A stretch of DNA of 64,000 bases, taken from the NCBI GenBank assembly GCA_951406725.2, contig OX597816.1, positions 10,664,001 through 10,728,000 of the forward strand, read 5' to 3'. Position 1 is the first letter of the stretch; every line of letters begins with the position of its first letter. Shown here piece after piece: positions 1-12,595 of this stretch. The notes below the pieces were generated by a model, which did not search any database, was not told the origin of the DNA, and was given only the letters and a program-made list of their open reading frames with translations. The DNA is from Octopus vulgaris (taxonomy: Eukaryota). The translations under genes and the position numbers were made by a program.

Positions 1-25
1 TGGCGAAGCACTTAGCTAACAAATG

Positions 26-598
26 TTGTGTTTCATCTCCTTTCATGTTACAGGACCAGCCTGTTGGTAGGTGTGGGGATGCATCTATTTAACACATTGC
101 CTCACTTCAACCTGGGTTTTAAAGACCAAGCACAATCTTCTGTATGCTCCTGATTATAATTATATTTATGTATATAATTATAGAATATTTTGTATAAAAG
201 AATGTTATATATGTTTCAGTAGACAGGCCTTTTATTGATTATACATGCATTATGTCATAAGCAAATGTCCTCCACATCTTCAGGTATCCAACTGTCAAGG
301 CCTCAAGACAGTGGAGATTGGTTGTAACCAATTGATACACTTGTGTGTGTATTTAGGTTATATAGAGGAGATAGACTATTTAGCTTTTGTTTTCATCTTC
401 TGTCTGTACGGTTGTGTTGCAAACATTACAACCCTAGATTTAATACTGCTATTAATGTCCCTAGCTGTGATCTTTGTGTTTCATCTCCTTTCATGTTACA
501 GCACCAACCTGTTGGTAGGTGTGGAGATGCATCAATTTAACACATTGCCTCACTTCAACCTGAGTTTTAAAGACCAAGCACAATCTTCCGTATGCTCC
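26..598. repeat. ~125-bp direct repeat pair (26-150 and 475-598)
   Basis: tgtgtttcatctcctttcatgttacag...cacaatcttc(t/c)gtatgctcc is duplicated with few mismatches. Confidence 0.85.
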
Positions 599-706
599 AT
601 CCCAGTTGATGGTTAGAGTTATTTCCAACTGCATGTGTTAGGTCATATAGAAGCTTCCTTCATTTTTGGAAAAAACAGAGATATGCAACTCTTCTCTGTG
701 CCTGAT

Positions 707-958
707 CATCATCATCATCCTCATTGTTGTTTAACATCTCCTTTCCATGCTGGCAAAGGTTGGGTGGTTTGTCTGAGGACTGGTAAGCTAGAAGGCTGCA
801 CAAGGCTCCAGTCTGACCTGGCAAAGTTTCTACAGCTGGATGCCCTTTCTAATACTACCCACTCTGATAGTGTAGTGGGTGCTTTTTATGTGCCACTGGC
901 ACGGGACCAGTCAGGCAGTACTGGCATCGACTATGCTTGAATGGTGCTTTTTACTTGC
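707..958 (-). mobile_element. Family A non-autonomous retroelement (RTE-associated, (GAT)n tail)
   Basis: Contains the conserved core (consensus gtggttggcgttaggaagggcatccagctgtagaaac) and the (GAT)n tail on the sense strand. Confidence 0.8.
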
Positions 959-2785
959 CATCATCTTGAATGAATCTTGGGCAAAGAAGCACTGGCCTTT
1001 GTAACATGCACCATCCAAGTTCTTTTCTTTTCCAGGAGATGACTTTATCAATTAACTTCTCCAGATGAGCAACAGTTGCAACATTGCTGCTATTGTTATT
1101 AGTATTAATGTTTTTCAAAACACTGCTATCTTTCATTTGTTAGAATGTCTTCAGTATTTACATATTTGAACATATTCGTCTTACTTTTTCTCTTTCTTTA
1201 ACTCCATACTATTGTTATCAATTATTTTATTTGGAAGCATAGCAATACTGCCTCAATCATTGCTTGTATTTCTTCCTACTCTCAGAAAAGGAGGCATATT
1301 AAATTACCAGTAGCCATTTCTTAAAAAAACAATAATATAATGTATAAAAGACAGATATCACTTCTGTGCCAGCTAATGATGCAGACATCCAAATGGTCTA
1401 TAATTCCTATTTGCAAAACGAAACCAAATTCTTTTTCATTACCAAATATGTCATAAAAGAAATAAAAGATTTTCCTGGAAGAGGAAAGGGAAGAATTATC
1501 GCAAGATTTTAATGAAAGGCATTAATTAACCTTGGTGGAATTTAAACTCAGAACATCAAGAGACACAACAAAATACAGCAAGGTCTTTGCTTCTTTCCTC
1601 AACTAATTCTGCCAATTCTCAAAAATAATTCACCAATGCTATGTTTTTCTGTTTACTGATATCATAAGTAAATAAACAGGCAGACTTCAGATTAATATTT
1701 CTTACAACGGAAGAAATAAGCACACACTGCAGGAAAAAAATATAATAGAAATAATCCCAGAAAATGGAACAAAATATTTTTCTCTGAGCTACTACCTCCT
1801 CTGTGTCAGGTAAAAACAAAAAGATACTATTATAAAATATATTATATTAAGGAAATATATAGTGAATAAAGTACCCAAAATACCTGGAATTAAAGAATTA
1901 TTTAATAATATTTACCTGTAAAGTTAGAAAGATTCTGAAATAATAACAAAAAGCACGGTATATTAGTGCAAACATATTATTTACGGAAAACTGTAGCAAA
2001 ACATTCCCTAAGAGAATGTGTTTGTTTTTTTTTCTGTTTTCTACAAAAATTCTATTTTGTTGCAAATATTTTGCTCTGTTTATGATATCTTAAAATCTTC
2101 TCTCATGTTGAAGGTGAATATTAGGCAATAATTTTTGATTTCAGGAACTGATCTTGAGAATAACAAACAGGCTGCAGGAAAGTTTAAATAAAGTATAAAG
2201 GTTGTTGACAGGAAGAGCATTAACAAATTTAATATAAAAAAAGTATCAAAAAGCTGAATGCATACTTGTTGATTGTTATTATTTCTGTTTTCCCAGAAAG
2301 GAGGGGAGACAATTCCTGACATATTTCATTCATATTCTGAACCTCATCAGCAATACCTACATTTCATGTGTTTGCTGAAACAGGGAGACCAAAACCCCTA
2401 CATTCATTTTTCATCATATGTACACACACACACACACACACATTGTTAAATGTCTCGTCCATTCACCCAATACATAAGTAATGCATAACCCCCTACAGAG
2501 CTTCTGGCTAGTTATTACGATCCCCTGTCAATCTGCCCCCCCCCCCCCCCACATTTCCAATCAAGGCACCGAAACATCTCTCGGCTATCTCTTTAATGTC
2601 TCTCAGGTAATAACAAAGCCATTCGTATCGATATTGACAAATATTGATGCCGACTTTGAGAAATATTTGGTGAGAATTTACATCACAAAGCTCAGGAATC
2701 TACCCTGCAGCATAAGTATGGAAATAGGGACTTACAGCAAAGCTCCAATTAGCAGAGATAACGAGATATGTTTGTGTATGTCCAT

Positions 2786-3195
2786 GCATGTGTGTGTGTG
2801 TGTGTGTGTATGAGAAAGAGAAAGTGTAAATGTGTGCTGGTGTGTGTGTGTGTGTCTGTGAATGTATGCCAAAGTGTACGTGTGTGTGTGTGTGTATGAG
2901 AGAGAATGTGTGTGTGCATGTGAAATGTGCGCATGTGTGTGTGTGTATGAGAGAGAGAAAGTGTATATGTGTGCTGGTGTGTGTGTGTATGTATATGCCA
3001 AAGTGTATGTGTGTGTGTGAGAGAGTGAATGTGTGCATGTGAAATGTGTGTGTGTATGTAGGCATTCGATTGGGAGACAGTGTTTAGATATTTGAATATG
3101 TGTGTTTGTGTGTGTGGATGCATGTGTGTGTACGTGCATGAGTGTGTGTGTGTCTGGAGATGTGTGTCTTAATGAGAATATATATGTGTGAGTCA
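2786..3195. repeat. Compound (TG)n microsatellite containing a ~130-bp duplicated unit
   Basis: The unit gagaaagtgt..tgtgctggtgtg..tatgccaaagtgta..gcatgtgaaatgtg occurs twice (~2800-2930 and ~2935-3055). Confidence 0.85.
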
Positions 3196-3710
3196 CACAC
3201 AGCTCTTCCTAGAAGAATCCTTAAGAAATTTCCAAGTGTTATTGGAGAACAAATGTAAGGTTATAGATACAATTGCTGTTCGGAAAGAGCCCTAAACCAC
3301 TGACTACAGTGCTATGGGTTCAAACTGTATGAACCCCACAAACCATTCAGGGGCACTTTTGAGCTAGCATACAGCTCTTTGATCAGTTTTGCATGGCTGG
3401 TTTAAAACAGACCTTATCTGCTTCCAGAAGTGATTGCTATGAAGGCAATTGCTTCATGTGGTGTGAATGTGGCTGTGTGGATAACAAGCTTTCTTCCAGA
3501 CCATGTAATTTTGAGTTCAGTCACACTGTATGTCACCTGGGGCAAGTGTCTTCTTAACATAACCCAATGTAATTGACTTGGCCCCTTTAACAAACTTACT
3601 GGCCTTGAATCAAAGAATTAAATCCATGAAAATTAGAAATAATAAATAGACAAATGGATGTAAAAACAGCAAACAAAAATATTTTAGTTGATGGATAATA
3701 TTTAAGAGAA

Positions 3711-4011
3711 GTTACGGAGATGTACTTGCATAGCAAGTGACCTGATCTGAGATCGTGTGCTGGAACGAAAACAATTGCAGTGTGGAAGGTGTTTATAAGC
3801 CACAAAAACAGTTAGATTCACTTCAACATTTAAATTTAATTTGTCAAAATATTTTCATTGCTTTGAGACCACGACCTGTTCACTGACAAAACTTTGTGCT
3901 ACATCTCAAAGCGACGAAAATATTTTGCCAAATTAAATTTAAATGTTGAAGTGAAACTAACAGTTTTTGTGTGTTTCTTAAATGGCTTATAAACACCTTC
4001 CATGCGGCAAT
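3711..4011. mobile_element. Palindromic Penelope-type non-autonomous element with a 12-bp target-site duplication
   Basis: Inverted arms at 3773-3868 and 3904-4012; TATTTAAGAGAA is duplicated at 3699-3710 and 4012-4023. Confidence 0.7.
3840..3890 (-). ncRNA. Minimal type I hammerhead-ribozyme-like motif with a G3:C8 core variant
   Basis: tttgtca-GTGAACA-g-gtcgt..gcaat-GAAA-atat-TT-tgacaaa. The other arm has gcgac at the stem II 3' position. Confidence 0.5.
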
Positions 4012-5089
4012 TATTTAAGAGAAAGCTTATGAAGTATATTCTTCAGGTAAATGAAGCCAAATGCAAAATTTCTAAAAGGTATTTTAAATGATATTTATCA
4101 ATTTACCTGTGAGCAGGGGTCATTTAATGTATAAGTTATTTATTAGCTTGGATTCAGTTGACAAAGTCTTGGAGAACCTGACTTATAATACCACTTGGTA
4201 ACTCGCAAGAAATAATTCTTGTAACCAAGAAATAGGACCAATGGAACTGTGGGCAATATTATTTAAGAGGTTGTATTTGTTTTGGAGTGGTAGACTGTAT
4301 CACTTGGTTTAACATTAGCTCCTGGTCCTTGGGTGGTTATAGTAGAGTCCTCTTGTTTGAGGTGGGGTTTTGCCAATAAAATTTAGTTGATGGAAACATT
4401 GTCAAAAAGGTATTCTTTGTTCTTGGATGAGAAAATAAATATATTTCCTTGTTTAAAATCCATAACCTGATCCTTGGGTGTCTGAAGGAGCTCCCTGTTG
4501 GCCATAATTATAAAGGCTGGGTTTCACTAATTAGATATGGACTATGGAAAACTATATACAATACAGTCAAAGAGGTTGTTTATCTTCTTGGAGGGCAGAC
4601 TAAAGCTGCTTCCTGGTTTAACATTCTTTGGGAATGGAGGACATTAGAAGAACACTTTCTGTTGCAAGCATTCAAGGTGGATTCCACCATTCCATTCCTG
4701 AGTTTTAGATGTCCTAAAAGTGATTCTGGTTGTTGCTGTTCCATTTCTGACTCAGCTATTCAAACACTCATCACAAAAATACAGATTAAAGACGTATCTG
4801 TGTGTTTGTAATCAACAGAGGATGATTGAATTAACGAGGGAGTTTATTATTGTCTTTTGATCAACTGAAAACAGATGCAAAAATCCCTAAAATCATCCCT
4901 TACCATCGTAAAACAGAAGGGACACTGGGTAATTGTAGACCAAGGTACAGCTGAAATTTAATCATGGTTCTGCTTGATAAGAGTTGGGAAGGTCCTTAAC
5001 AACAACAACAACAACAAGAATAGATGTACTTGATCAAGGCTGACTTGGTGTCATGAACAAGAATAACAGTAACCTCTGCACGAGAAAAA

Positions 5090-5748
5090 TCAGGAGGGAG
5101 AAGAAGAAGAAGAAGAAAAAGAAGACGAAGAAGAAGAAGAAGACGAAGAAGAAGAAGACGAAGAAGAAGAAGAAGAAGAAGAAGAAGAAGAAGAAGAAGA
5201 AGAAGAAGAAGAAGAAGAAGGGGAAGAAGGGGAAGAAGGAGAAGAAGAGGAAGAAGGGGAAGAAGGGGAAGAAGAAGAAGGAGAGGAAGAAGAAGAGAAC
5301 AAGGAAAAGAATGAGAAGAGAAGCAGAAGAAGAAAAATGAAGAAAAGAACAAGAAGGGGAAAAAGGGAAGGAGAAAAAAGAGAAGCAGATTGAGTGAGAA
5401 GAGTGGAGATGAAGGAGGAAAAAAGGAGGATGGGAATGAGGAAAGAAAGAAGAGGAGAAGGATGAGAAGAATAATGAGAAAAGGAGAAGAGAAGGAGGAG
5501 AAGGAGAAAAGGGAGGAAGAGAAGAAGGTGAATGAGGAGGAGGAGAAGGAGAAGAAGAAAAAGGAGATGAAAGAAGGAGAAAAGAAAAAGGAAAGAAAAG
5601 AGAAAAGAAGAAAAAGGTGAAGAAAAGAAAAAGGAGAAAGAAGGAGAAGAAAGAAGAAAAAAGAAGACAAGAAGAAGAAGAAGAAGAAGAAGAAGAAGGA
5701 GAAGAAGAAGGAGAAGAAGAAGAAGAAGAAGAAGAAGCAGCAGCAGCA
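5090..5748. repeat. (GAA)n / polypurine microsatellite
   Basis: About 650 bp that is almost entirely A/G on the plus strand. Confidence 0.95.
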
Positions 5749-6008
5749 TGTCAATAACTTGAATATTTATGCTGGATCACTTTCAGGAACAACAAATGGT
5801 TAATTCTTCTAAATTTCAGAGAATGCAATTATTACTACATGAATTCCTCTCAACCATTCATTTATATAATCCATCAGCACTTCTGCAAGAATAAATAAAT
5901 AAAAAGAAAAAGAAAAAGAAAAGAAGCAAAGAAGATTTATAGGAAATACAGTAACTACGATTGATTACGACGATGATGATGCTATTCATCATCACCATCA
6001 CCATCATC

Positions 6009-6040
<32 letters not shown>

Positions 6041-6499
6041 CACCACCATTATTATTATTATTAGTCATGCTGTTGGCATTGTTACTTTCAAGCTAATTCT
6101 ATTAGTTTTTTTTTTCCCCCATATATTTTCCTCTTACATATTCCAAATTACATATTATTTTTGTATAGTTTTACATTTTGAACATATTTTTTTGTTCTCT
6201 TTCAGTTTTACTAGAAAATAATCTAATGGATTTGGTGCCAAAGCTATCAGAACTGGCTGTCTTCGCTGGTTGTTTTAGATAAATGTCGCTTTTATTATTA
6301 CAGAATTTCAGATTATTATTTAGAAACCAATTTTCTTCAAGTACATCAAACATTCAGTGTATAACCACCACCACCACCACCATCACTAATATTATTATCC
6401 TCGTCATTTAACGCCTGTTTTCCATGCAGACATGGGTTAGATGGTTTGACAGGATCTGTTAAGCCTGAGAGCTGAACCAGGTTCAATTTGGATCTCTTC

Positions 6500-6978
6500 A
6501 ATTTGGCTGACAGGTTTTAAAATTATTTTTTAAAAACTAAACAGTTTGAAACTTCGTATACTGGTGTAATTTCTCACGCTGAACATGGTATACTTTCAAC
6601 ATTTTTGACAAAATTTCTTATTTTAGAAGTTATTTCATGTTAAAGTTGTCGTATTTGGGCAATTTTAACCAATCAATGATGTGTATTCAGCTGAAGAAAG
6701 CTACTGCTGTTTGTGATAGTGATCAAAGAGTAAGAACTTCCAGAATTTGTTGCTCTTTGATTACTATCACAAACAGCAGTATGTTTCTTCAGCTGAATAC
6801 ACATCACTGATTGGTTAAAGCTACCCAAATATCACAACTTTAACGTGAAATAACTTCTAAAATACGAAATTTTGTCAAAAATATTGAACGTAAACCATGT
6901 TCAGCATGAGAAATTACACTAGTATATGACGTTTCAAACTGTTTAGTTTAAAAAAAATTTTAATCTGTGGGCCAGATT
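6500..6978. mobile_element. Foldback/palindromic MITE
   Basis: Two inverted arms of about 230 bp around a short spacer centred at ~6740. Confidence 0.85.
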
Positions 6979-6989
6979 TCAATTTCACT

Positions 6990-7490
6990 AGAAAGAAGGT
7001 TAAAGTTAGCTTTTACCCTAATACAGGGTCGATTATATTCAACCACAATAAAAAATAATAATATCAGTCATATCCCCCAAAGGTCCTGTAATTGTAGATC
7101 TCCAGGCAAATATCCTCTGACTAAATAACAGGTGGCTGGAAAAAAAAAAAAACTATTGTACATGGCCAACATTTCGGATTCAAATGGAATAAGAAAATCC
7201 CCAACCAGGATAACAGGAAGCAGCTTCAAAGAAAGATATACACCACATTCGGCTTCAAAAGACTCACAACGTCTCTATCAAACATTGTATGGACACAGAA
7301 AGAGAGAAACACAAGCAACAGCTAGGTAACCTTTGCATTATTTCTAAGGTTAACAAATATAGGGGACAGGACAGCAAATGCAAGCTTTGCATCACTGAAA
7401 AATTAAGCGTTATGATATCAAAAGCGAATATTTTAAAAATTAGAAATGAAGCCTTCTCCCCTACATGTGTAAGCAACATTCCACATTTAG
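6990..7490 (+). pseudogene. Penelope-like element GIY-YIG endonuclease relic
   Basis: Across frames: KVKVSFYPNTGSIIFNHNKK, CNCR..YPL, LLYMA, ITGSSFKERY..H, LSNIVW and CKLCITEK...IRNE...C. This is the motif order of the PLE C-terminal endonuclease region. Confidence 0.72.
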
Positions 7491-7820
7491 AAATTTCAAA
7501 CCAGACTCTGCCTCCCACTCAGTTTGCCAGCCTTCTAACCTGGAGAGGTTTTTCTCAGATCACCAATTATATGCATTATATGAACTATATACATAAAAGA
7601 TTCATGCCTCCATAAACATAAACTGTACTTCCTCATCTCACAATATATGGGCATCATGCATATTCATGGTATCACATGATATACACAAACTTTTGAATCC
7701 ACAGCTGAATGAAATTATAATCTCATGAACCAAGTTTGAAGTCAAAATATGTGAAACACCACAATTACGAGTACATATCCAAACACAAACAAAATGATTA
7801 ATGCAGATACAAGAAGAATA

Positions 7821-8216
7821 GGCACAGGAGTGGCTATGTGGTAAGTAGCTTGCTTATCAACCACATGGTCCCAGGTTCAGTCCCACTGTGTGGCACCTTG
7901 GGCAAGTGTCTTCTACTATAGCCTCGGGCCGACCAAAGCCTTGTGAGTGGATTTGGTAGACGGAAACTGAAAGAAGCCTGTCGTATATATGTATATGTAT
8001 ATATGTGTGTGTGTGTGCTTGTGTGTCTGTGTTTGTTCCCCACCAACATCGCTTGTTTGTGCCCCCCCCGTAACTTAGCAGTTCAGCAAAAGAGACCGAT
8101 AGAATAAGTACTAGGCTTACAAAGAATAAGTCCTGGGGTTGATTTGCTCGACTAAAGGTGGTGCTCCAGGATGGCCGCAGTCAAATGACTGAAACAAGTA
8201 AAAGAGAGTAAAGAGT
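7821..8216 (+). mobile_element. tRNA-derived SINE, family B, full length
   Basis: Head with A-box-like TGGCTATGTGG and B-box-like GGTTCAGTCCC, an internal (TA/TG)n tract and a tail gaaacaagtaaaagag. Confidence 0.9.
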
Positions 8217-9164
8217 ATACAGAGATGTGCATGTGTATGTGTGTACACACATATATATATATATATATGTGCGTGTGTGTATTTGTATATATATTTGTAT
8301 GTGCGTGTGTATGTACTTATATGTCTATATATACTTATGCATATGACACCGCATGATTCACAGAATCGATATATATGCAAATTTGTGTGCGAATATACCC
8401 ACAAACATATAAATACAGAATCCTATGAATTTATAACAACTCCATGGACCAAGTTTGAAGCCAAAATATGAGAAACACTTTATGAAAGTCCGCAATCGTG
8501 TATACATGTGTAAATACGCATAAATATGCACTATTAAGTGCACACACTCAACATGCATAATACAGGTGTCGTTATGTGAACCAGTATGTGTATGTGCACA
8601 TTATATGCATGGACATACATGTGTATATATTTATAAATTCGAATTAATACATGTGTGTATGTGTGAGGTAATGTAGATAGTCACATGCTCACACATATAT
8701 TTTCACATCTTTCAATACTATATCCCACTGTGTCGATGCATTTCCCCTTGCGAGTACCTGGTAACCCAACTAGCATCAACAAGCACCCAGCAGATTCTGG
8801 AAAGTGGTTGCCGTTAGGAAGGGCATCCAGCCATAGAAATCATGTCAAAACAGTGATTGTGGGGAGGCACAGCCCTTTGGTTCAGTGGTTCCTATTGAAT
8901 AATCCAACCTACGTCAGCATAAAAAAAAAACGATGTTATTTGATGATGATATATTTGCATGCACAAACACAGACACCAGCACACACATGCATGTGCATGC
9001 ATGCAATAAATTGAAAATGCATTGAGAGCCTTTTAGATGGTTTATATTTGAAAGCTTTCACAGATCTTTCTGATTTCCACAAGTTGATAGAAAGCTATAT
9101 GTCTCTATGCCACAACTGTCTTGCTTTTGACTGGAGCCTGAAAATTCTCACATTTTGATAGAAA

Positions 9165-9503
<339 letters not shown>

Positions 9504-10453
9504 GGAAAAAGAAAAATAGGGTAAGAATGAAAGATATAAAGTGAATGAGAGAGAAAGAGAGAGACGGAGAGTAAAGAAACATTTCTAAATTAACTATTAG
9601 TTGACAAAAGAGTAACAATTCAGAGTATTTTTTTTTTATCTCCCTAAAATTTATTGCATGCAACAGAGGTTGGGAAGTAGAAATATCCAAATTTCCCTAC
9701 TTGCATCTTGCTGGAATTGGTTCCACTCTAAGAAAAATTCTCTGCCAAGCTGAAAAAAAACCAAAAAAACGAAAAGAACTTTTCAATTTTCTATGGGTAT
9801 TTTTTTTAAATGTAAGTTGTATTTTTTTATTTTTTATGTTTTTTTTTATAGTTTCTGTCGGTTAAAAAATAAATCAAATAAATCCTGATTAATCTCAGTA
9901 AAGGAAGTGATGTTAATGTAATAAATGTTGAGGGAGAAGAGAAAGAAAGAGGGTGAGGAAGGAAGAAAAAGAGGGGGGGGGCGGTAAGAGAACTGAGGAA
10001 AGGTGAAGAAAAAAGAGAGAGGAAAAGGAAAGTTCATGAGTTAGAAACAATGCATTAATACAGCTGATATTTTATACACGTACGTATATATAAAATACAT
10101 ATATATATATATACACATACATATGCATAGCTGCGAGTATATGTGAGTGTGTATATGTATATATTACATATATGTGTGTGTATAATATTGTTTCTCTTGC
10201 TTTCTTTTACCCTCTCCCTCACAGTCTCCCTTCTAGTCTTTTACTACCTCTTCCCTCACTCTCCCTTTCATACAACATGCTCCAGCTGACTCCCCTACAC
10301 CTTTCTCTCCTTTATTCTCCCAAGCACCACTTGGACTGCGTACATTTAGAATCTCTCTCTAGCCGTCAGGTTGCATTTTGATGAAAATCTTTTTCAAATT
10401 GTCCTTTAAGATAACATATTCTCTGTTTCTGGCTCAAATCTTTGATAAACTCC

Positions 10454-10825
10454 TTTATTTCCTCCGTCTTAGCGAAGGCAGAGGTATTGTTTTCAGTTGT
10501 GTTTGTTTGTTTATTTATGGACAAGATATCTCAAGAACTGCTGGATGGATCTGGATGAAACTTTCAGGGATGTTTGGCCTCAAGACTGGCACAAACTGAT
10601 TAGATTTTGGGATCAATCCAGTTACAGATAAGGAATCTGGATTATTTTTCCAGTTCTTTTATTTAATTTTTGAGAGCAGTCAGGTTCATTTTTTCGTATT
10701 CTCGTTTGTGAGAGCAGCTAAGTTTATTTCAGATATTCTCATTTAAAAAATCATTTCCAGCTAATCATTGAGAGGATGTTGGCATTGCCATGGCGGAAGT
10801 TTGCACTCTCTGAATGCTCTTGTTA
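10454..10825 (+). mobile_element. Helentron-associated non-autonomous element (HINE/DINE-1-like)
   Basis: Subterminal inverted repeats cctccgtc...ggcggaag, a (GTTT)n microsatellite near the 5' end and a 3' end gcactctctgaatgct. Confidence 0.65.
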
Positions 10826-11139
10826 CTAATATATTTCTAAATATTTGTCCATATTTTTTATCTCTGCCTTATGCTACATGCCTCTGTATTTTTAATCCTG
10901 AATCTTGAATTAGTTTGTTAATATTTTTTACGTCTTGTGTTTTCTAGATGAATGAATGATTCCAAATTTCCAGTGTCAAAATCGTAATGCTAATGAACAA
11001 AAGACACAGCTAACAAAATGCTTATCCCTCTCTATGTATTCTTCTTCCTATTAACTGCATTCACTAGGTCGTTTGCTGTGTGTGCATGTGTCAGTCAGTG
11101 TAGACATATGTATTTGTAGCACATGAGTTTTCATGTTAA

Positions 11140-11300
11140 GCATGGCTGTGTGGTAAGAAGCTTGCTTCCCAACCATACAGTTTTGGGTTCAGTCCCACTG
11201 CATGGTATCTTGGGTAAGTGCCTTTTGCTATAGCCTGAGGGCAACCAAAACCTTGTGAGTGGATTTGGTAGACAGAAACTGAAAGAAGCCCATCGTATGT
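11140..11300 (+). mobile_element. SINE family B, 5' half
   Basis: Head and core up to the internal (TA)n. Other partial copies lie at 3469-3560 (+) and 35229-35385 (-). Confidence 0.8.
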
Positions 11301-11302
11301 AT

Positions 11303-11348
<46 letters not shown>

Positions 11349-11451
11349 TAAATATATATATATGTTGGGGCTTCTTTCAGTATCCACTAACAATGCTTTG
11401 GTTGGCCAATAGTTATAGTAGAAGACATATACCACAATTAATGGAACAATA

Positions 11452-11482
<31 letters not shown>

Positions 11483-11706
11483 GCTGAGAGTTTGTCTTGT
11501 GACTTGAATTTCATAGCAGTACAATCATTATTTTCCTGATGATCATGGTGGCATGAAACTTTAGTTACGAGACAAACTGTGAGTTTCACTTTTAATTAAA
11601 AAAAAAACAAAAAATCTATATCTGCTATAACAGGTTTGGAGCACTCCTTTCCAATTCTTTTGACATTGATAAAATTCATATATATCTACATACTTATATA
11701 TATATA

Positions 11707-12173
11707 TATCTATAAGACTGCCATATTAATATGGCGATAACAATTAATTTCCAGTAACGCTGCCGTAATCTCTTTTAGAGAGACTTAGTAATTTTAATAT
11801 TTTTATTATTGAAAACAAGTGGATGTATTCCACCGAAACTAGGTAAATAAAACCTTCGAACAGAGACGATCAGTGGCGACACCTGCTGGGTCTGACTACG
11901 CTACATTGACATAGGGCAAATACCCTGAAACGCATCTGTAGCTGTTTGACTGGCAGTGTGAAGCGGCTGACCTCCCTTGTTCGAAGGTTATAATGGACAC
12001 AGTTTGTGTGTCAAATAGCTAGCTTAAGGCGATGGCCTCATGGAGCTAATCAGCGACAGCTTTAGTCTTGTATCTATAAGACTGCCATTTTAATATGGCG
12101 ATAACAATTAATTTCCAGTAACGCTGCCGTAATCTCTTTTAGAGAGACTTAGTAATTTTAATATTTCTATTAT
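11707..12173 (+). mobile_element. Retrozyme-like or PLE-LTR-like element: 364-bp unit with ~100-bp terminal direct repeat
   Basis: Near-identical repeats start at 11707 and 12071. The element contains two degenerate hammerhead folds and sits inside (TA)n. Confidence 0.65.
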
Positions 12174-12194
12174 ATATATATATATATATATATA

Positions 12195-12595
12195 TAACTT
12201 AGATATGCTTCGACCAAAGATTTGTCCAGGTCATGTCTAACTTAATAGCACCACCTGATAGGATTATCTAAATCCTTTTTAAATCAAGTCTTGTGGTATT
12301 ATGGTCCATTCAAGTAGTGAGTTCTTGTTGAGTGAGTTGTATCCAGGTATGGGTGGCTTATCTGGTATTCCTTGAAGAAATCTGTCCAGATTCTGTTTAC
12401 AGGTGATGGGATACCTTTCTTCTTTGATCAGTTTTGGGACAATATTTAACAGGGCAGGGCCTGTTGAAGAAAAGAAATTGTGTTGCAGTGTACCTATATG
12501 TTGTGATCCTGAGAATTGGGCAGGAGACGTATGGCCCATGTTCAGGTTGTTTTGGCAATGCTGGCAGTATATTCTCCACATCGTGCATATGTTTG
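12195..12595 (-). mobile_element. 3' fragment of a LINE related to the 62556-64000 family
   Basis: Translation NFFSSTGPALLN...LDRFLQGIPDKPPIPGYNSLNKNSLLEW matches the C-terminus of the 62644 ORF. Both share the 3' UTR motif catgtctaacttaatagcaccacctg. Confidence 0.85.

Noticed and set aside
4996-5754. Poly-K/E, poly-F/L and poly-S ORFs
   Set aside because: Translations of the (GAA)n microsatellite.
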